A stretch of DNA of 64,000 nucleotides. It comes from a virus. Shown in pieces: positions 47,936 through 57,954 of this stretch. A model generated the notes under the pieces. That model was not told the DNA's origin. It did no database searches and saw only the letters and a list, made by a program, of their open reading frames with translations. The DNA is taken from the IMG/VR virus record IMGVR_UViG_3300028581_000013, one strand, 5' to 3'. A program made the position numbers and the translations under genes. Position 1 is the first letter of the stretch, and each line of letters starts with the position of its first letter.

Positions 47936-49081
47936 ATGCAGTCATTTTTAACATTCTTGAGGGAAGCTACATCCGTAGATGATGAGATGCTTGGTCATCT
48001 TACTCATACTAAAGACCTACCCCATGAAGATCCAAAACATGCACAGACTGCAATCGATTTAATAGACCAATTTCACAAAAAAAGAATGGGACAAAAAAGT
48101 TCTGTTGGTGCCTCGTTAAAAACTGATGGTGGTGCCTCTGTTCATGTTATACATGATAAAGACGGTGTTGGTGTATCCGATAAGCATAGAATAGCCAGAG
48201 GTGTTATTGCCAGGACACCAAAAGAAGTAGACCAACATTTTGGTCATCAACCAGAATATGCAGCATCACTAAAAAGATTATTGAAACATGGTCACGAGTT
48301 TGTTAACAAAGGACACCATGTTCAAGGAGATTTATTACACACACCGGACTCTCCTGGAGAAAAATCTGGAGATGTAACAAAAACAACTCCTAATAGAATT
48401 ACATATAAAGCAAAAACAAAAGCACCAATAGGTCTTGCAGTCCACACAGAAATAACAAAAGGTGTTGCACATGGTGTTACTAAGAATGCATTGAAACACA
48501 GTAATAATGTCTTTGTGCCAGAACATGAATATAAAGCAAATCCAGAAACATATTCTGAAAAAGATAGACAATCTACAGAAAAACATTTAGATGCAGCAAA
48601 AGAGTTGTTAAAGAAACATACTTCAGAACATCTTACACCAGAACACATAAATGTTAAGAAGGGTGGACACTTTACTACATACTTAAATAGAACAACAAGA
48701 AGAGGTGAAAATGCCTCTATTGAAGGTTATAAAAAACACTTAGATGGTGAAGCAAAAAAAGCAGTAAACAAATTAAAGACTCCTGTTGGTCAAGTAAGAA
48801 AGCAAGCAGAGTTTGATAAGTTAAAAAGCCATGTTGATGATAATGCTAAACACTTTCAAAGGTCTTTAGATATACGCCATCATTTAGGCCAAGCAACAGA
48901 ACATTTATTAAAAGGTGTATCTCATCCTGATATGGAAACAAGTATAGATGGCAAAAAGTCACAAGGTGAAGGTATTGTTTTACAGAAAAAAGATAAAGAA
49001 GGTAAAATGAGACCTATGACAAAGCTTGTTCCTGTTAAAGTGTCTAATTCAATTTTAAATAACCCTAGGTTTGCAAAGTAA
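47936..49081 (+). CDS. Ligase-like covalent nucleotidyltransferase-fold protein (DUF6267-like), His-rich
   Basis: KTDG (motif I), QGDLL, EGIVL (motif IV), TKLV (motif V); N-terminal MQSFLTFLRE. Confidence 0.6.
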   Translation: MQSFLTFLREATSVDDEMLGHLTHTKDLPHEDPKHAQTAIDLIDQFHKKRMGQKSSVGASLKTDGGASVHVIHDKDGVGVSDKHRIARGVIARTPKEVDQHFGHQPEYAASLKRLLKHGHEFVNKGHHVQGDLLHTPDSPGEKSGDVTKTTPNRITYKAKTKAPIGLAVHTEITKGVAHGVTKNALKHSNNVFVPEHEYKANPETYSEKDRQSTEKHLDAAKELLKKHTSEHLTPEHINVKKGGHFTTYLNRTTRRGENASIEGYKKHLDGEAKKAVNKLKTPVGQVRKQAEFDKLKSHVDDNAKHFQRSLDIRHHLGQATEHLLKGVSHPDMETSIDGKKSQGEGIVLQKKDKEGKMRPMTKLVPVKVSNSILNNPRFAK

Positions 49082-49082
49082 G

Positions 49083-50888
49083 ATGAAATCATTTTTAGAC
49101 GTAATCAAAGAAGAACAACAAGGTGAAAAACACCATGTTATTACCTTTGGTAGAATGAGCCCTCCTACTGCTGGCCATTTAAAACTAATTGACAAAGTTA
49201 AAGAGGTTGCAAAGAAAAATAATGCAACTCATACCATTGTTGTTTCTCATACACAAGATAGCAAAAAGAATCCACTAACTGCTCAACAAAAAATCAAACA
49301 TCTAAAGCGATATGTTGCTGGTCCTATAACAGAAGCCAAGAAATCAGATAATACCAATTTTGTTGCAGCTTCAAAAGAGAAACCAACAATATTACACCAT
49401 GCAGCCGAAGCACATAAGAGTGGAGTTACACATCTTCATGTTGTTGTTGGTTCTGACCGTGTCAAAGAAATGCACCACCTATTACACAAATACAATGGTG
49501 TAGAGGCTGGTCATGGTAAATACCATTTCAAAAAGATTACTGTCCATTCTGCAGGACACCGTGATCCAGACGCAGAAGGTACAGAGGGTATGTCAGCTAC
49601 GAAGATGAGAGAACATGCCAAGAGTAAGAACTTTGGTGAGTTTAGGAAAGGTGTTCCTTCTCATGTATCCGATTCTCATGCCAAAGAATTGATGCACGAT
49701 ACCCGTAAGGGTATGGGTTTACATGAATCGTTTGATCGTGGTATGTTTAAAGCTGTTTTTGTTACTGGCGGTCCAGGTTCTGGTAAAGATATCATTATCC
49801 GTGAAGCTATCTCCGAATCTCGAATCGTTGAATTAAACTTCATACAGGCTCAAGAATATTTGGCCGATAAACAAAAATTGTCAGAAAAAACAAGTGATTA
49901 CCGCCATGAAGCAATTAGAAATCGTGGTCCATTAATAATCAATGGCCCAGCGGATGACACCACCAGAATATCGTATATCAAAGAAGAACTGGAAGAACTA
50001 GGTTACGATACATTAATGGTTTTTGTCAATACCACCAATGAAACCAGTAGGGAAAGAAACTTTTTACTGGCTAGAATGATGGTTGAATCGATTAGGCAAG
50101 ACAAATGGTTGAAATCTCAAAAAAATACTAAATATTTCATAGAGACCTTTGATAGATTTGTATCTTTTGATAATACAGGAGATATAGATAGTAAAGAGCA
50201 AGATATACATGAAGTTTATGAGAAAACAAATAACTTCTTGGATTCTAAGGCTTTTAACGAAACTGCCGAAGATTGGTTGATTCGAAACTCTAAATTAAAT
50301 ATTAATTCATTATATAAGGAACAAAAAAATGTTAAAAGCCCTAGTCAATTTATTAAAGCTAAAACCAAAGGATGTGGACAACACCGATTCCTCGCAGACA
50401 ACAACTGCCCCAGCTGCCAGCTCCAACGAAAAGCCGGCCGAATCGACAGCGTTAAAGACGGAGACGTCCAAAGTAACTCAAGTTACACCTTCCGCACCTA
50501 CGAAGAAAGCCAGCCCAAGGTCGAAGTCCAGCCCCAAGCCAAAGAGCCAAACTTCCAAAAAGACAAAGAGCAAGTAAACAAAAAGAAAAGATGGGTCAAT
50601 AGTGCCTCTGGTGCTATTCGATCCCAAGGTGTAGGACCAGAATTCGACACTCGCCAACAGGGAACAGTATACCCTATGTCAGGAATGGGCGATGTAACTT
50701 ATCGTGAAGAAAAAGAATTTAAGAAGTTTAGACAATATGTAGAAGCAATAGATGATCCGGGAGCCAATGATATGGGTTTAGCCGGATCAATGTCTGGCGC
50801 AAGTAATAAAGAACCTTTAGTAACTCCAGCAGATAAATTTGCTTTATCTGGTGTAACTATAAAGAAGAAAAAAAATGTTAAAATTTAA
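49083..50888 (+). CDS. HxGH nucleotidyltransferase fused to P-loop kinase-like domain
   Basis: FGRMSPPTAGH, VGSDR, MSATKMR; GGPGSGKD. Confidence 0.8.
   Translation: MKSFLDVIKEEQQGEKHHVITFGRMSPPTAGHLKLIDKVKEVAKKNNATHTIVVSHTQDSKKNPLTAQQKIKHLKRYVAGPITEAKKSDNTNFVAASKEKPTILHHAAEAHKSGVTHLHVVVGSDRVKEMHHLLHKYNGVEAGHGKYHFKKITVHSAGHRDPDAEGTEGMSATKMREHAKSKNFGEFRKGVPSHVSDSHAKELMHDTRKGMGLHESFDRGMFKAVFVTGGPGSGKDIIIREAISESRIVELNFIQAQEYLADKQKLSEKTSDYRHEAIRNRGPLIINGPADDTTRISYIKEELEELGYDTLMVFVNTTNETSRERNFLLARMMVESIRQDKWLKSQKNTKYFIETFDRFVSFDNTGDIDSKEQDIHEVYEKTNNFLDSKAFNETAEDWLIRNSKLNINSLYKEQKNVKSPSQFIKAKTKGCGQHRFLADNNCPSCQLQRKAGRIDSVKDGDVQSNSSYTFRTYEESQPKVEVQPQAKEPNFQKDKEQVNKKKRWVNSASGAIRSQGVGPEFDTRQQGTVYPMSGMGDVTYREEKEFKKFRQYVEAIDDPGANDMGLAGSMSGASNKEPLVTPADKFALSGVTIKKKKNVKI
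50329..50577 (+). CDS. Probable overprinted S/T/P/K-rich protein in an alternative frame
   Basis: AAGGA RBS and ATG; host-frame third positions switch to C over this interval. Confidence 0.5.
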   Translation: MLKALVNLLKLKPKDVDNTDSSQTTTAPAASSNEKPAESTALKTETSKVTQVTPSAPTKKASPRSKSSPKPKSQTSKKTKSK

Positions 50889-51195
50889 ACAATTTATTTC
50901 TGAGCAATATTTGGATGAGAAATCACCAGCATGGCAACGTTCTGCAGGTAAAGATCCAGAAGGTGGCTTAAATCGTAAAGGTATTGCATCATATCGTAGA
51001 GAAAATCCAGGTTCTAAATTGTCGATGGCTGTAACAACAAAACCATCTAAACTAAAACCAGGTTCTAAAGCTGCTAATCGTAGAAAATCGTTTTGTGCTC
51101 GTATGGGTGGAATGAAGAAACGATTGACATCTGCTAAGACAGCAAGAGATCCAGATTCAAGAATTAACAAAGCATTACGCAAGTGGAACTGCTAA
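50875..51195 (+). CDS. Basic conserved hypothetical protein, probable internal head protein
   Basis: MLKFKQFISE..LDE; RRKSFCARM; LRKWNC. Confidence 0.75.
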   Translation: MLKFKQFISEQYLDEKSPAWQRSAGKDPEGGLNRKGIASYRRENPGSKLSMAVTTKPSKLKPGSKAANRRKSFCARMGGMKKRLTSAKTARDPDSRINKALRKWNC

Positions 51196-51210
51196 TAAAC
51201 GGAGAATAAA

Positions 51211-52395
51211 ATGTTCACAAAAAATAAAGTAAGCCAGTCAATGATTGACGCAGTAAATAAAGTTCTAGAAGAACAATCATTGGAAGAAGTGGCACCAATT
51301 AAAGAACCTACGGCAACCGGCATGAAAGTTTATGGCCGTAGTTATGGTAATTCTGCAAAGGCTAAACAAGATCAAAGTAAATCTTCTGTTGATGACCTCA
51401 AGGGTCCTAAAACAAAAGATTTGATGAAAAAAGATAAAGAAGATTATGAGAAAACGAAAGGCAAATATGATGAAGCTGCCAAGCCAGATTATTTGGATTT
51501 CGATAAAGACGGCAATAAAACAGAGCCTATGAAGAAAGCTTTGGCCAGCACCAAAAAAGTTGCTGAAGAATTAAAAGGTGATCAACATAAGATTGATGCA
51601 AACAAAAATAATAAAATTGATGCACACGATTTTGCCATTCTCCGTGGTAAAAAGAAAGTGAAAGAATCTTTTTCTGTTCGTTTAGAAGAAAAATGGAAAT
51701 CAATGAAAGAGAAAAAAGATGTTGTGATGCCTGAGGCTTTAGAAAAATCTCCAGAAAAGAACCAAGATGTTGCTGATAAAAGCCATTTAAAAGATAAACC
51801 AGGTTCTTTTAAGAGTGACCTAAAAAACCTTGGTCGTTTTCTCACAGGTAAAAAAGAAACAAATGAAGAAGTTGAGCAGATTGATGAAAAAAATGTACCT
51901 ACAAGTCCAGAAAAATGGGCTCGTGCAAAAGCAGCTGCTAAATCTAAGTTTGCTGTATACCCATCTGCTTACGCAAATGGTTGGGCATCTAAAAAATACA
52001 AAGCAATGGGTGGTGGTTGGAAGTCAACAAAAGAAGAAGTAGAAGAATATACTGAGGAACAACTTGATGAAATGATTAATGAAGTTCTCGGTAAAGATGC
52101 AACTGCAGGCGATTGGATTAGTGATTTCGTACATTCTGATAATCCTAAATTTGCTGGTAAGTCAAAAACAAAACGTAAAGAAATGGCTCTTGCTGCTTAT
52201 TATGCAAAACAGAAAAACGAAGAAGTTGAAATTGATGAAGCAACAATCGCTGGAACATCTGGCTGGAAAAAAATGCCAAAGGACGTTAAAGATAAGTCTG
52301 GTGCGATTCACACACCAATGAGTCGTGCTAAAGATTTAGCACGTTTAGCATTTAAAAAAGTACAAGACAGAACAAAAATTAGTAAACAGGACTAA
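51211..52395 (+). CDS. Modular probable internal head protein
   Basis: EF-hand-like DFDKDGNK and DANKNNKIDAHDF; VYPSAYAN module; repeated (I/L)xE linkers. Confidence 0.7.
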   Translation: MFTKNKVSQSMIDAVNKVLEEQSLEEVAPIKEPTATGMKVYGRSYGNSAKAKQDQSKSSVDDLKGPKTKDLMKKDKEDYEKTKGKYDEAAKPDYLDFDKDGNKTEPMKKALASTKKVAEELKGDQHKIDANKNNKIDAHDFAILRGKKKVKESFSVRLEEKWKSMKEKKDVVMPEALEKSPEKNQDVADKSHLKDKPGSFKSDLKNLGRFLTGKKETNEEVEQIDEKNVPTSPEKWARAKAAAKSKFAVYPSAYANGWASKKYKAMGGGWKSTKEEVEEYTEEQLDEMINEVLGKDATAGDWISDFVHSDNPKFAGKSKTKRKEMALAAYYAKQKNEEVEIDEATIAGTSGWKKMPKDVKDKSGAIHTPMSRAKDLARLAFKKVQDRTKISKQD

Positions 52396-52397
52396 TC

Positions 52398-54281
52398 ATG
52401 GCTAAAAATTTAAGAGATATCGTTAAGAAGAATCCTACACCAGCAAGACCTAGGTTTGGTGTAGATCCGTCAGACCCATGGTCAGCAAAAGCAGGAATCT
52501 ATGAAGCAGACGGAACATTGGATCAATTTTTATCATCTAGAGGAATCAATCCTAAATTTGTTTCCAAAGATACTAAAATTTCTCATGCTAAGTCGAGCGC
52601 CTTCTTAAAATGGAAACAAGATCATGTTGTTGAGGAAATTCAATTAGACGAAGATAAATGGTTAAATAGATTTTTATCATCAAGAGGCCTTGATCCTAAA
52701 TTTGTTACTACAGATAAAAAAGTTAGCTTTTCTAAGTCTGGTGAATTTGCAAAATGGTTACGTGACCATAAACCTGATGAAAGATTACAAAAAGAAGAAC
52801 AAATTGATGAAGTTTCTGGTATGGGAATTCGTAGTAGTAGGTCTCATGAACCTACTCAATTAGACCATGATACTGTAAAAAAACATTTAAAAAATTTAAT
52901 GGCTATACATTCTGATGAGCCAACAGCAACATCAGCTGTACACAGAGCCATTAAAAAAGTATCTACAGCAGGAACTACTTCAACAAAAACCAGAAGTAGA
53001 GAAATGTTGAGAGCCTTAATTCAAAAACATTCTATTCCTATTGACCACGAGCATCGTGCTTTATTGAATAGAGAGCAAGTAGAACATAAACAACTTGATG
53101 AGTTGGCTCCAGAAACATTGGCATCTTATGTTCTCAAAACAACTAGTAAAGATCCAAAGCGTGCCGAACCTCGTAAGAAAGCAATGAGTAAATTAGCCAA
53201 GATTATGGCTAAACGGTCATTTTCTGAAGAAAAGAAACCGACAGCATTAGAAAGATTCCGCAAAGCATCGGCTGAGCGTGAAAAGAAACATGCTGAAATT
53301 GAAAAGAAACAATCCAAAGATGGTTCTGGTATGACTAGTGCTATTGACCGTTTAGAAAAACATTTGAATAAAGAGGATGTAGGAATCAGTAAAGCTAAAG
53401 AAACTAAATTTCATAAAAAGTTAGATACTCTTGTACATTCCACTTTTGGTAAAAGAAAAGATGAAATGAAGATGAAGGAAGAAGTTGAACAAATTGATGA
53501 AGTTTCTAGTTCAGAAGTCGACCATCATTTTCATCAATGGGTAAATTCTGAACATGCTCCTTATAATAGTGATGCTGGAGATGATAACAAAGTTCACCAA
53601 TCAGCTTTATCGTATTTAAGAAGTACTAATGTACCAAAAGAAAAACATGAAAAAATGGCAATGCATATTGCTCATAAATTTCATGGAAGTGGTATTGATG
53701 AAGAAGTTAAACAGATTGATGAATTAAAGATGTCCACAGTTAAATCTTATCATAGTAAACGATTGACAGATTTTTCATATACAAAGAAAAAATCAGGTGA
53801 AACTTCTACCAAACCACGTAATGCAAGAATCAAAAAGGTTTCTGCAGGTATCGACCGTTCAATAGACCGTCAAACTGGTCGTAAGCCAACATCCGAAGAT
53901 GTATATCACGATTCTCAGGCAGCAACTCAAATGCCTTTTGATGGTGCCAATAATACAAATGACACATCACCAATGAAACGTGAAATGTCTAAATCTGCTC
54001 GTATAATTAAGTCTTTATATAAGTCTAAAAATATGAAAGAAGATATGTATGATTGGGAAAAAGACGATAAATCAACAAAGGGTTATGGTAAAAAACCTAA
54101 GATGGCCATGACCGATGAAAAAGATAGTATGGGTGAAAACAAACCGGAAGCGGTGGCCATAATGACTGGTGGTAAGACTTTAACTGGTCAAGATAGGGAT
54201 ACTGTCGAGATTGATCCATCTATGAAGAAACGTACTAATCAACCAGATGCTGGTCCACAAGACGGTAGTAAAACAAGATAG
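52398..54281 (+). CDS. Modular probable internal head protein with duplicated N-terminal domain
   Basis: Two FLSSRGxxPKFV repeats; five Q(I/L)DE linkers. Confidence 0.7.
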   Translation: MAKNLRDIVKKNPTPARPRFGVDPSDPWSAKAGIYEADGTLDQFLSSRGINPKFVSKDTKISHAKSSAFLKWKQDHVVEEIQLDEDKWLNRFLSSRGLDPKFVTTDKKVSFSKSGEFAKWLRDHKPDERLQKEEQIDEVSGMGIRSSRSHEPTQLDHDTVKKHLKNLMAIHSDEPTATSAVHRAIKKVSTAGTTSTKTRSREMLRALIQKHSIPIDHEHRALLNREQVEHKQLDELAPETLASYVLKTTSKDPKRAEPRKKAMSKLAKIMAKRSFSEEKKPTALERFRKASAEREKKHAEIEKKQSKDGSGMTSAIDRLEKHLNKEDVGISKAKETKFHKKLDTLVHSTFGKRKDEMKMKEEVEQIDEVSSSEVDHHFHQWVNSEHAPYNSDAGDDNKVHQSALSYLRSTNVPKEKHEKMAMHIAHKFHGSGIDEEVKQIDELKMSTVKSYHSKRLTDFSYTKKKSGETSTKPRNARIKKVSAGIDRSIDRQTGRKPTSEDVYHDSQAATQMPFDGANNTNDTSPMKREMSKSARIIKSLYKSKNMKEDMYDWEKDDKSTKGYGKKPKMAMTDEKDSMGENKPEAVAIMTGGKTLTGQDRDTVEIDPSMKKRTNQPDAGPQDGSKTR

Positions 54282-54327
54282 AAAATAAGATAAATAACTA
54301 ACAACCTTCAATAATAAGGAGAAGAAG

Positions 54328-55014
54328 ATGTCCTCATGGGGAAATAACGATAACGCAGCCAATGCACCATATTGGGCTGTTAATTCAACGATTGTAAACG
54401 CCACAAACGTAAAGGCTAACTATTCTGCACCAACAGCAGATAACGTAGCCCGTCTGTATGCAAACACTACAGCTGATGTCTATACAGTTGGTGAAACGAT
54501 TGGCCTTTTTGCAGTCGATGCCAACGAATCCTCAGTTGATAGTAACGTTGGCCATTCTGGCTGGGTTCTAAGGACTACTGGTTCTGGTGGCCGTGCTAAC
54601 CGTGTTCAACAAGAAGTTTTGGTAGCCATTTCAAGCTTTAGTGGTGATGATGAAGATACCACATATGAAGATGCTATTATCACCATTAGTTCACAACCAG
54701 GTAGCAACACTGCTAACTTGACTGTTGGCAATACTGCTACATTCCGTGTAACAGCAAGTATCACCACAGGCAATACAGCTGCACCGTTGACCTTCCAATG
54801 GCAGCGTTCTGCAACACTTGGTGGAAGTTATGTAAACGTATCAAACGGAACACCTGCAAATACAACATACACTGGTGGAACAACTGCTGCATTAGTAATC
54901 ACACCTACATTTACTGATGCGGACAATAACTACTATCGTGTAGTAATCAATGCAACAGGCACAGGAGCTACAGCAGTAACTTCTACACCTGCTAAGCTTG
55001 ATGTAGTTGCCTAA
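54328..55014 (+). CDS. Virion structural protein with Ig-like C-terminal domain
   Basis: MSSWGNND, HSGWV..GRANRVQQEVLVA; ITISSQP, TFQWQ, YYRVVI. Confidence 0.75.
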   Translation: MSSWGNNDNAANAPYWAVNSTIVNATNVKANYSAPTADNVARLYANTTADVYTVGETIGLFAVDANESSVDSNVGHSGWVLRTTGSGGRANRVQQEVLVAISSFSGDDEDTTYEDAIITISSQPGSNTANLTVGNTATFRVTASITTGNTAAPLTFQWQRSATLGGSYVNVSNGTPANTTYTGGTTAALVITPTFTDADNNYYRVVINATGTGATAVTSTPAKLDVVA

Positions 55015-55496
55015 TGTTAGCATTTAGAAGGTATGTTAGTGAATGTGGAGATGGACTGGCTATGCCGGTCATCTCCATTTCTAAAGAAACTGTAGATTTA
55101 TCACAAGAAGAAACTCGTGATGAAATCAATGATAATCTATATGCAGCTTTAGATCCTCACTTTTTAAATCCTTATGTTGCATGGATTAGAGCTTCAAAAT
55201 TAATGGCTCTTTATGGTGTTAGTTTACCTAGAGTAATATTTGATGATATTATGGATGGTGAAGAAGTTGTTGCAATAAACCAATTTGGAGAAAAACACGG
55301 TGTTGATACTGATGGCGTAACAACAAATCCAAATGATGAAGTAGACTATTATTTCTATTTCAGTTATGGTATATCCGAAGATGGCCATTATGAATGTTAT
55401 GCTGTGGTTACTGATGATGCAGGTTTGGATGAAATAGTATCTGATGAAACTGAACATTTAGATCCAGAAGGCGAAAAGCAACCACCACAAGAATAA
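55014..55496 (+). CDS. Acidic hypothetical protein
   Basis: 160 aa; MLAFRRYVSE N-terminus. Confidence 0.65.
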   Translation: MLAFRRYVSECGDGLAMPVISISKETVDLSQEETRDEINDNLYAALDPHFLNPYVAWIRASKLMALYGVSLPRVIFDDIMDGEEVVAINQFGEKHGVDTDGVTTNPNDEVDYYFYFSYGISEDGHYECYAVVTDDAGLDEIVSDETEHLDPEGEKQPPQE

Positions 55497-55502
55497 TACA
55501 AT

Positions 55503-55889
55503 ATGTTTGATGATTTGAATGATGAAAATTTTATGATGTATGCAATGAAGTGTTACACGACACCTAATTGTATTATATCTGAATTCGAAAGTGATATTAA
55601 AAGGACGAAATACTTAAAAAGATTATTTCGTAGATATAAGATTACCAAAACTCTTAAAGAGAGATTGATACTTAATCACATTATTTTATTGAACAATGTT
55701 TTTGGTCCAGAACCAACTTCTAGAATATTGTTCTATAAAATTGATAAAAGAGATTATGATATTTTGAAAACATTTCTAATATATTTGGGTATTATGCCTG
55801 ATGTTATTAGGAGTGTAAACGGAAAAAATATTATATCAGCTGACATTCCGGTTGATTTACATATTGCACAGATATTAAGGCAAATATGA
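55503..55889 (+). CDS. Conserved T4-like phage hypothetical protein
   Basis: NFMMYAMKCY, ERLILNHII.L.NVFG. Confidence 0.75.
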   Translation: MFDDLNDENFMMYAMKCYTTPNCIISEFESDIKRTKYLKRLFRRYKITKTLKERLILNHIILLNNVFGPEPTSRILFYKIDKRDYDILKTFLIYLGIMPDVIRSVNGKNIISADIPVDLHIAQILRQI

Positions 55890-56566
55890 ATTACGACATA
55901 TTAACATTTAAAGATTTTGTAAGAGTTCAAGCAGATTTGAACCATCTCAGGCACAAACTAAAAGGTCCTATGGCCGATGAAGAACGTGTTCAACTGTTTA
56001 ACCAAATATCAGATAAAACAAAAGAAGTAATGCACCATCTCAATACTTTACACCAAGGAAGTCTTGGTGAAGAAACTGAATTGAGTGAAGATTTACGAAA
56101 GTGGTTTAAACAAAAATGGGTTCGTATGGACACCAAAGGCAATATCAAAGGTGATTGTGCAAGAGATCCTGGTGAAGGTAAACCAAAATGTTTACCTCAA
56201 GCTAAAGCTCACGCTTTAGGCAAAGAAGGTCGTGCTTCTGCAGCTCGTAGAAAGCGTAGAGAAGATCCAAATCCAGAACGCCGTGGTGCACCAATTAATG
56301 TGAGAACCGAAAGTGTTTTTGAAGCTTGCTGGCAAGGATATGTAGCTAGAGGTATGAAGAAAAAAGGCAATAGAATGGTACCTAATTGTGTACCTGAAAG
56401 TACCGATTTAGAAGAAGATGGTGTTGTAGCTGCAGCACCAACAAATGTTGTTGGTCGTGGTGCAATCGCTGGTACAGGTGGCCTTGGTGGTGAACCAGGT
56501 GTCAATTTGAAAAAGAAAAAAACTCCGGTTCTTATGTCTATTCGGAGAAAACCGATAAAGGCGTAA
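55886..56566 (+). CDS. Modular probable internal head protein
   Basis: LRKWFKQKWV..KPKCLP module; CWQGY..MVPNCVPE module. Confidence 0.7.
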   Translation: MNYDILTFKDFVRVQADLNHLRHKLKGPMADEERVQLFNQISDKTKEVMHHLNTLHQGSLGEETELSEDLRKWFKQKWVRMDTKGNIKGDCARDPGEGKPKCLPQAKAHALGKEGRASAARRKRREDPNPERRGAPINVRTESVFEACWQGYVARGMKKKGNRMVPNCVPESTDLEEDGVVAAAPTNVVGRGAIAGTGGLGGEPGVNLKKKKTPVLMSIRRKPIKA

Positions 56567-56569
56567 TCA

Positions 56570-57064
56570 ATGTGGTTTTTGTCATTCATACCTGATTGGA
56601 TTTTACAATGGGCAATACATGGTCTGGTTATTCTTGGACTTGTATTAACATTTATAGGATCACTTGTTAGATTTATACCTATAATTCAACCATACGCTTT
56701 GGTTGGTAGACAACTAGGTATAGTGTTATTGGTGATTGGTGTATTCTTTGAAGGAGGATATGCCACAGAAATGTCATATCGTGCTAGAATAGCTGAGATG
56801 CAAACAAAAATAAAAGAAGCAGAAGTAAAATCTGCCAAAGCCAATGAAAAGTTGGCAGCTGAAGTTAATAAGAATAAAGAGTTGATTAAAGAGAAGGTGA
56901 ATAAGAATGCTAAAGATATTGAAGCGAAAAGGGAAACTATTAACGCTGAGTGTAAGTTGTCTGATGATGCTTGGGTGCTCTACAACCGTGCCGTTGAGCC
57001 AAAAGTTTCCAGAAGCTCCTCAAGTGCTAATGGAGCCCGCTCCGGTTCTAAAGCCTCTAAGTGA
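56570..57064 (+). CDS. Inner-membrane spanin (Rz-like)
   Basis: N-terminal TM segments, coiled coil, C-terminal Cys; overlaps a lipoprotein gene. Confidence 0.7.
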   Translation: MWFLSFIPDWILQWAIHGLVILGLVLTFIGSLVRFIPIIQPYALVGRQLGIVLLVIGVFFEGGYATEMSYRARIAEMQTKIKEAEVKSAKANEKLAAEVNKNKELIKEKVNKNAKDIEAKRETINAECKLSDDAWVLYNRAVEPKVSRSSSSANGARSGSKASK

Positions 57065-57200
57065 AGATAAAAAGACGTTAGCTGATTTGTTACAAAATGC
57101 TAATGAGAATTATGGACTATATTATGAATTACAAGATAGATACAATGCATGGCAGTTATGGTATAAACAACAGAAACAAATATTTGATAGTGTAAAATGA
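56907..57200 (+). CDS. Outer-membrane spanin lipoprotein (Rz1-like)
   Basis: Lipobox MLGC, Pro-rich FPEAPQVLMEPAP; overlaps the i-spanin in another frame. Confidence 0.75.
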   Translation: MLKILKRKGKLLTLSVSCLMMLGCSTTVPLSQKFPEAPQVLMEPAPVLKPLSEDKKTLADLLQNANENYGLYYELQDRYNAWQLWYKQQKQIFDSVK

Positions 57201-57553
57201 AAAAACTCCTAATTCTTTTGTGTATGATACCCAATCTTGTATTTGCTCAAGAGGTGATAAATGAACCTCGCACGGTCTCTTGCGTAAACAAAGAGAACAT
57301 ATACAAGCTTGTAGGTGAGTTTGATGAGGTTCCGTTTATTCGTGCATTGAATTCTCCTGTGCTAGGTGTTCCAATTTTTAACCCACTTGTAATTTTTGTA
57401 AATCAAAAAACGGGATCGTTTACGGTTGTAGAAAAAGTAGAAGAACAAAAGTATTGTATATTGGCGGTAGGTGTTAGTTTTGAACCCATGCCAGCAGAAG
57501 CACTAAAAGAATATAATAAATTTCGTGAGAAAGAAAATAAAAAGAAATTATGA
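57197..57553 (+). CDS. Secreted hypothetical protein
   Basis: Signal peptide MKKLLILL..VFA. Confidence 0.6.
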   Translation: MKKLLILLCMIPNLVFAQEVINEPRTVSCVNKENIYKLVGEFDEVPFIRALNSPVLGVPIFNPLVIFVNQKTGSFTVVEKVEEQKYCILAVGVSFEPMPAEALKEYNKFREKENKKKL

Positions 57554-57954
57554 AAAGAATACTCATAGTCTTATTTGCGTTTAGTTTATCTGGTTGTGCC
57601 TTGTTTGATGCCTATTTCATGGCCAAATATGACACCAATGAATACTTTATTGTAAATGATATTAAAACAAAAGCACAAGTTGCAGAAGAAAATTGTGGCA
57701 ACCATATACTAGTTGTTACACAGGTAAACGAATTGTATATCAAAGCGTTGGAATTTAAGAACTTTACAACACATATACCACGAAACAAAGATACGGATAA
57801 TATGTCAACCAAGTTATTAACATTGACAAAAGATACAAGAGATTATTTTAACAAAGCAGAAAAAATATCACCAATCTTTTGTAAGGCAAAATTGCAACAG
57901 ATTGTTAAATCAGCTGATACCATTCAACATGTACTAGGGAGCAAACCAAGATGA
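57550..57954 (+). CDS. Putative lipoprotein
   Basis: Lipobox LSGC. Confidence 0.7.
   Translation: MKRILIVLFAFSLSGCALFDAYFMAKYDTNEYFIVNDIKTKAQVAEENCGNHILVVTQVNELYIKALEFKNFTTHIPRNKDTDNMSTKLLTLTKDTRDYFNKAEKISPIFCKAKLQQIVKSADTIQHVLGSKPR

Noticed and set aside
51211-54281. Recurrent GAAGAAGTTGAACAAATTGATGAA-like DNA as CRISPR or mobile repeats
   Set aside because: Irregularly spaced, in-frame and synonymous-variable; these are protein linker motifs
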